Shown in pieces: positions 60,451 through 64,000 of a stretch of DNA of 64,000 nucleotides (positions within the stretch are counted from its first letter, which is position 1; each line of letters opens with the position of its first letter). The DNA is from a virus (taxonomy: Duplodnaviria; Caudoviricetes), in the IMG/VR virus record IMGVR_UViG_3300028591_000005, positions 1-64,000 of that record. The stretch is one strand, 5' to 3'. The notes beneath the pieces are model-generated. The model saw nothing but the letters and a program-made list of their open reading frames with translations, was not told the DNA's origin and searched no databases. The translations under genes were made by a program, and so were the position numbers.

Positions 60451-60669
60451 TTATTTTATTTCCTCCTTAATAATATTCTTATCATTTGGACATAAATATT
60501 TTATAAGTTTAAATGAATGTTTCTCATAATCTTGAATATTATTACTTATTCCTATATCAGTAAATTTAGGAATATAAGTTTCTGCTATAACTTCTCTCTT
60601 TTCACAATTAGCTAAGCATATTTCATGTCTGCAAACAGGACAATACATAAAATCTTTACTTGGTATCAT
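60451..60669 (-). CDS. Small Cys-containing hypothetical protein
   Basis: ORF with SD aaggag. Confidence 0.65.
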   Translation of the reverse strand: MIPSKDFMYCPVCRHEICLANCEKREVIAETYIPKFTDIGISNNIQDYEKHSFKLIKYLCPNDKNIIKEEIK

Positions 60670-60718
60670 AAATTCTCCTTAAGGGTCCGTCTATGAAATT
60701 CATAGACGGAATCCCCAC

Positions 60719-63700
60719 TTATTCATTTTCTTCTTCTTCAACTACATCTTGTCCAGTAAATCTATCATGCTGGAGTGCGATTTCATCACCAAGCACCGCC
60801 GCAATCTTATATAACTGATGACCTTCTGTATTCTTATATGTTTTTCCTACGAAAGTATCTTCTCTTCTAAAGCCTGTAATCATCAGCATATTACCTCTCT
60901 TAAACCAACCTTTTTCAACAACCTTTTTAGTTCCATCAGGTTGAATCTGACTTATCTGCTTTTTAAACATAGCATAATAATCTCTAGTAAACTTTACATC
61001 TACTACTCCTGTTGTGGTTAAAAGAGTTACCATACATTTATTATCATTTTTTGCAAGGACAGTTCCCGCAATTCTATACAACTTATAAATAGGAATCTGT
61101 CTACCATTACGCTTATAATAATAATCAATTTGAGGTTCTTCAGATAATTCATTAAAATCAACAATACCATAACGTGCATTATTAATTTCTGCTAATTCAT
61201 GTTTTCCATAATAGAAACATAGTGAAGCCATTTCCCAAGCAGATGTATTTCCACTTGCATATTTATCCCAAACCTCTTTAAAAAGCATCATATTATATTC
61301 ATTAAGAATTTCATCATGATTTTCTTTAAGCCAATCTCTTGCTACATCCATATACTTCTGATAAATTTTATCCCACCTCATCTGAAGAATACATGTAGTT
61401 CCATTAATAACTTCAAGCCAATCAGAATATTCAGCTAAAAACTTTTCAAAGAAAGTTATACAACTATTATCAAAAGTATAATACAATCCAGATTTCTTGA
61501 ACTTCTTTAAATACTTATTGAAGTTAAATACTCTTATTTGCATTTCTAATTTTTCAGGAACAAGAGCATGTTCAATTAATCCATTAAAATTCTGCAAAGT
61601 TAATCTTTTCTTCGGTTCACAAGCAGAATAAAGATAATAAGCCATAATCTGCTTTCTATCTTTTAATACTGTTTCAACTTCATCAAAAGCTCCTGCTTTA
61701 ATTAAATTAATTACCGCAGTCTTAGTTAAAGGACATCTATTCATAAAATCTTTGATTCCAATATAAGGACGATTTGCTTTTATTTTTTCGATAACATCAT
61801 CGCCTATATTACTTAATGCCTTTAATCCATAAAGAATACGATTATGCTCAACATCAGGTTTAAAACCATAATCTGATGTATTTATATTTACTAAAGATAC
61901 TTTAATACCTTTAGACTTAATTGCTCCAATTGCTTTTGCAATCTTTGCATAATCAGAACCTTTTTCTTTCTTTTCTACTGTTCCGTCTTCATCTTCTTCA
62001 TATTCATCATTTTCAAGAGAACCACTATTAACTACAAGACAAGCAGTATCCCAATATATAGGATTCCACTTAGTTGCAATATACGCAGTTTGAAATCCAA
62101 TAAATGAATATGCAAGAGCGTGGATTACAGAGAATGAATAACCCATCTGAGGTCCAATACCGCAATCCCAAACATATTTTCCAAGTGCTGGACTTTTTGC
62201 TTGATCCAATACTTGCTGATGAAGTGCGGGAATCTTGCTCATTTGCTTCTTACCAACTATCTTACGTGCGGCATTCGCATCCTTAAGACTAAAACTACAA
62301 ATGTTTTCATCCATAAGCATAGTCATTAACTGCTCCTGACTAGGTGGAACTCCATGTGACTTAAGGAAATGAGGCTTAAGAGCTTCCATTTCCGCATCGG
62401 TAAGACCATATTTTTTCATTTCATCATACCAAAGATTAATATTATTCTTAAATCGAACATATTTATCCATTGGCTGTTCTTCACCATTATCTCCTGTCAT
62501 AAGACGCATCAAACCATTTGCATCTGCCATTTCAAGAATACTATGCGGTTTGATTTTCTTTGCCGCCTGAGAGCCAACAGTTGAATCAAACTGGAACAGG
62601 TCAAGAACTTTTACTTCCTGGATATTTTTCCAAATATCCTTATCTTCAATCGGAAGAACATTCGGATGAAAATATTTATTATAAACTTCTCTTAAAGTTA
62701 AATCTTTTTCAATTTCACCATTCTCTTGTAGAAACTGAATGGCTTGAACGAGTTTATCTTGGACCTCCGTAACGAGGAAGTCATATTTAGTTAATCCTGC
62801 AGCCTCACACATATGCAGATCATACTGAGTTATAACACTTCCCGAAGGAGTTTTCATGAAACATCCATGCTCATATGGATCTTCATCAAAAAGAATAACT
62901 CCAGATGCGTGAGAACCTCTACGAGAAATGAGTCCCTCGATACCAAGCATAATATCAAGAAGACCAGGATACTGATTAACTTCTGCAATAAACAATGCTA
63001 CGGGTTCTCTATTCTTATCAGGATTTCCATATACAACATCATGAAGATTCCATAAGAATCCTCTCTCTTGAGGAATTAATGATGACATATACTGCGCTGT
63101 ATCTACATCAATTCCATCAGGACACTCATCACTACGATATCCTCTGCAAGCAGTTTGAATTGCGGACTTTGTTGTTTCCGTACCAAAAGTTGCAATAAGA
63201 GTACAACCACAATTCTGCTTAACTACAGAGTCAATACCGTCTATAAAATTCTTTCCTCTCTCTTCTTTTATTTTCTGAAGAATAAGAGGACGCTTTGAAG
63301 GACAAAGGTCAAGGTCAATATCACCAAGCTCAAATCTCTCCTTATTAAGATAACGCCAGAAAGGAAGGTCCCACTCTATAGGATCCAACTGAGTAATACC
63401 AAGAAGATAATGGTTCAGACCTGAGCAAGATGAACCTCTTCCCGCACCTACCATACTTCCACATTCCCAGAATAAATCTACATAATGCTGAAGAGTGATA
63501 GGGTAAGAAAACATATTTGTATCTAATGCTTTACCTATTGTTCTCTTAATATCTGCTTCATATTCAAGACGAGAGATATATTCATCATTATCTTTTTCTA
63601 TTTCTTTTAATTTATCAAGACATTGATTAACCCAATATCTTTCATATTTATCATCTGATTCCAACATACTATAAAGAGTTGGATAAGTTTCTTTTATTTT

Positions 63701-64000
63701 TGCTTCTTGATTAGCTTGAGCAAATTTATATTTAGGATAATCTTTTACTTCAACTTTAGGAATTTGCTGGCTATGAAGAAGACTATAATCTTCTATTTTA
63801 TTATAAATCTCCATACTATTATTGCACATTACTTCATATAAATCAACAATAGAAGGAGTTAAATTTTCAATAATCTCAGCTTCTGTCTGAAGATATGCAT
63901 ATTCATAGAAATCTGCAACTTCACGCTCTCCGCCTTTAGAGTTAAGATATGCTTCATGAACATATCTATCTTCTTTTGTAAGATAATGTGCGTCAGAACC
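60719..64000 (-). CDS. dnaE: DNA polymerase III alpha subunit (family C), 5'-truncated at window edge
   Basis: Frame open to 64000 (SDAHYL PHP motif), GRGS, DIDLD, HASGV, KYDFL, YSFS..HA..Y. Confidence 0.96.
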   Translation of the reverse strand, partial: GSDAHYLTKEDRYVHEAYLNSKGGEREVADFYEYAYLQTEAEIIENLTPSIVDLYEVMCNNSMEIYNKIEDYSLLHSQQIPKVEVKDYPKYKFAQANQEAKIKETYPTLYSMLESDDKYERYWVNQCLDKLKEIEKDNDEYISRLEYEADIKRTIGKALDTNMFSYPITLQHYVDLFWECGSMVGAGRGSSCSGLNHYLLGITQLDPIEWDLPFWRYLNKERFELGDIDLDLCPSKRPLILQKIKEERGKNFIDGIDSVVKQNCGCTLIATFGTETTKSAIQTACRGYRSDECPDGIDVDTAQYMSSLIPQERGFLWNLHDVVYGNPDKNREPVALFIAEVNQYPGLLDIMLGIEGLISRRGSHASGVILFDEDPYEHGCFMKTPSGSVITQYDLHMCEAAGLTKYDFLVTEVQDKLVQAIQFLQENGEIEKDLTLREVYNKYFHPNVLPIEDKDIWKNIQEVKVLDLFQFDSTVGSQAAKKIKPHSILEMADANGLMRLMTGDNGEEQPMDKYVRFKNNINLWYDEMKKYGLTDAEMEALKPHFLKSHGVPPSQEQLMTMLMDENICSFSLKDANAARKIVGKKQMSKIPALHQQVLDQAKSPALGKYVWDCGIGPQMGYSFSVIHALAYSFIGFQTAYIATKWNPIYWDTACLVVNSGSLENDEYEEDEDGTVEKKEKGSDYAKIAKAIGAIKSKGIKVSLVNINTSDYGFKPDVEHNRILYGLKALSNIGDDVIEKIKANRPYIGIKDFMNRCPLTKTAVINLIKAGAFDEVETVLKDRKQIMAYYLYSACEPKKRLTLQNFNGLIEHALVPEKLEMQIRVFNFNKYLKKFKKSGLYYTFDNSCITFFEKFLAEYSDWLEVINGTTCILQMRWDKIYQKYMDVARDWLKENHDEILNEYNMMLFKEVWDKYASGNTSAWEMASLCFYYGKHELAEINNARYGIVDFNELSEEPQIDYYYKRNGRQIPIYKLYRIAGTVLAKNDNKCMVTLLTTTGVVDVKFTRDYYAMFKKQISQIQPDGTKKVVEKGWFKRGNMLMITGFRREDTFVGKTYKNTEGHQLYKIAAVLGDEIALQHDRFTGQDVVEEEENE

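Noticed and set aside
15319-63198. Short opposite-strand or out-of-frame ORFs nested in structural and replication genes
   Set aside because: No SD or promoter support; expected by chance opposite long biased reading frames.
8292-64000. Stop-codon reassignment
   Set aside because: Long genes are intact in code 11, TAG and TGA end genuine genes, and no suppressor tRNA is seen.
1-64000. Prophage boundaries, integrase, endolysin
   Set aside because: No host genes, att site, recombinase or recognisable peptidoglycan hydrolase seen; lifestyle cannot be determined from this window.

Overview
A 64-kb stretch of a large, AT-rich tailed phage genome (standard code 11, no sheath gene, so probably a long-tailed siphovirus). 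The host is probably an anaerobic Firmicute (Clostridia-like), inferred from sigmaA promoters, strong SD sites and class III RNR. Layout: (1) 1-6.8 kb, minus-strand early/host-takeover-like region with tRNA-Lys(UUU), about 20 small ORFs, most with their own promoter, several ORF-less structured transcripts and a dispersed promoter/inverted-repeat/GC-hairpin element (7 copies plus 1 partial). (2) 6.9-7.4 kb, non-coding strand-switch region with six phased GTTAGC-N4-GCTAAC palindromes (terminus/pac/ori candidate). (3) 8.3-51.7 kb, plus-strand packaging, head and tail module; terL is split by a group I intron (11164-12242) carrying a GIY-YIG homing endonuclease. (4) RuvC, then a self-contained six-gene cassette (52.9-55.5 kb) encoding a Cys-rich membrane coiled-coil protein, a BclA/C1q-like beta protein and a ferritin-like protein. 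(5) Minus-strand nucleotide metabolism/replication genes (dut, HEG, nrdD, DUF3310, truncated dnaE). Two window-wide signals: a fixed-spacing non-sigmaA promoter motif and strong enrichment of GCGG/CCGC. All calls come from reading the sequence; no database searches were run.
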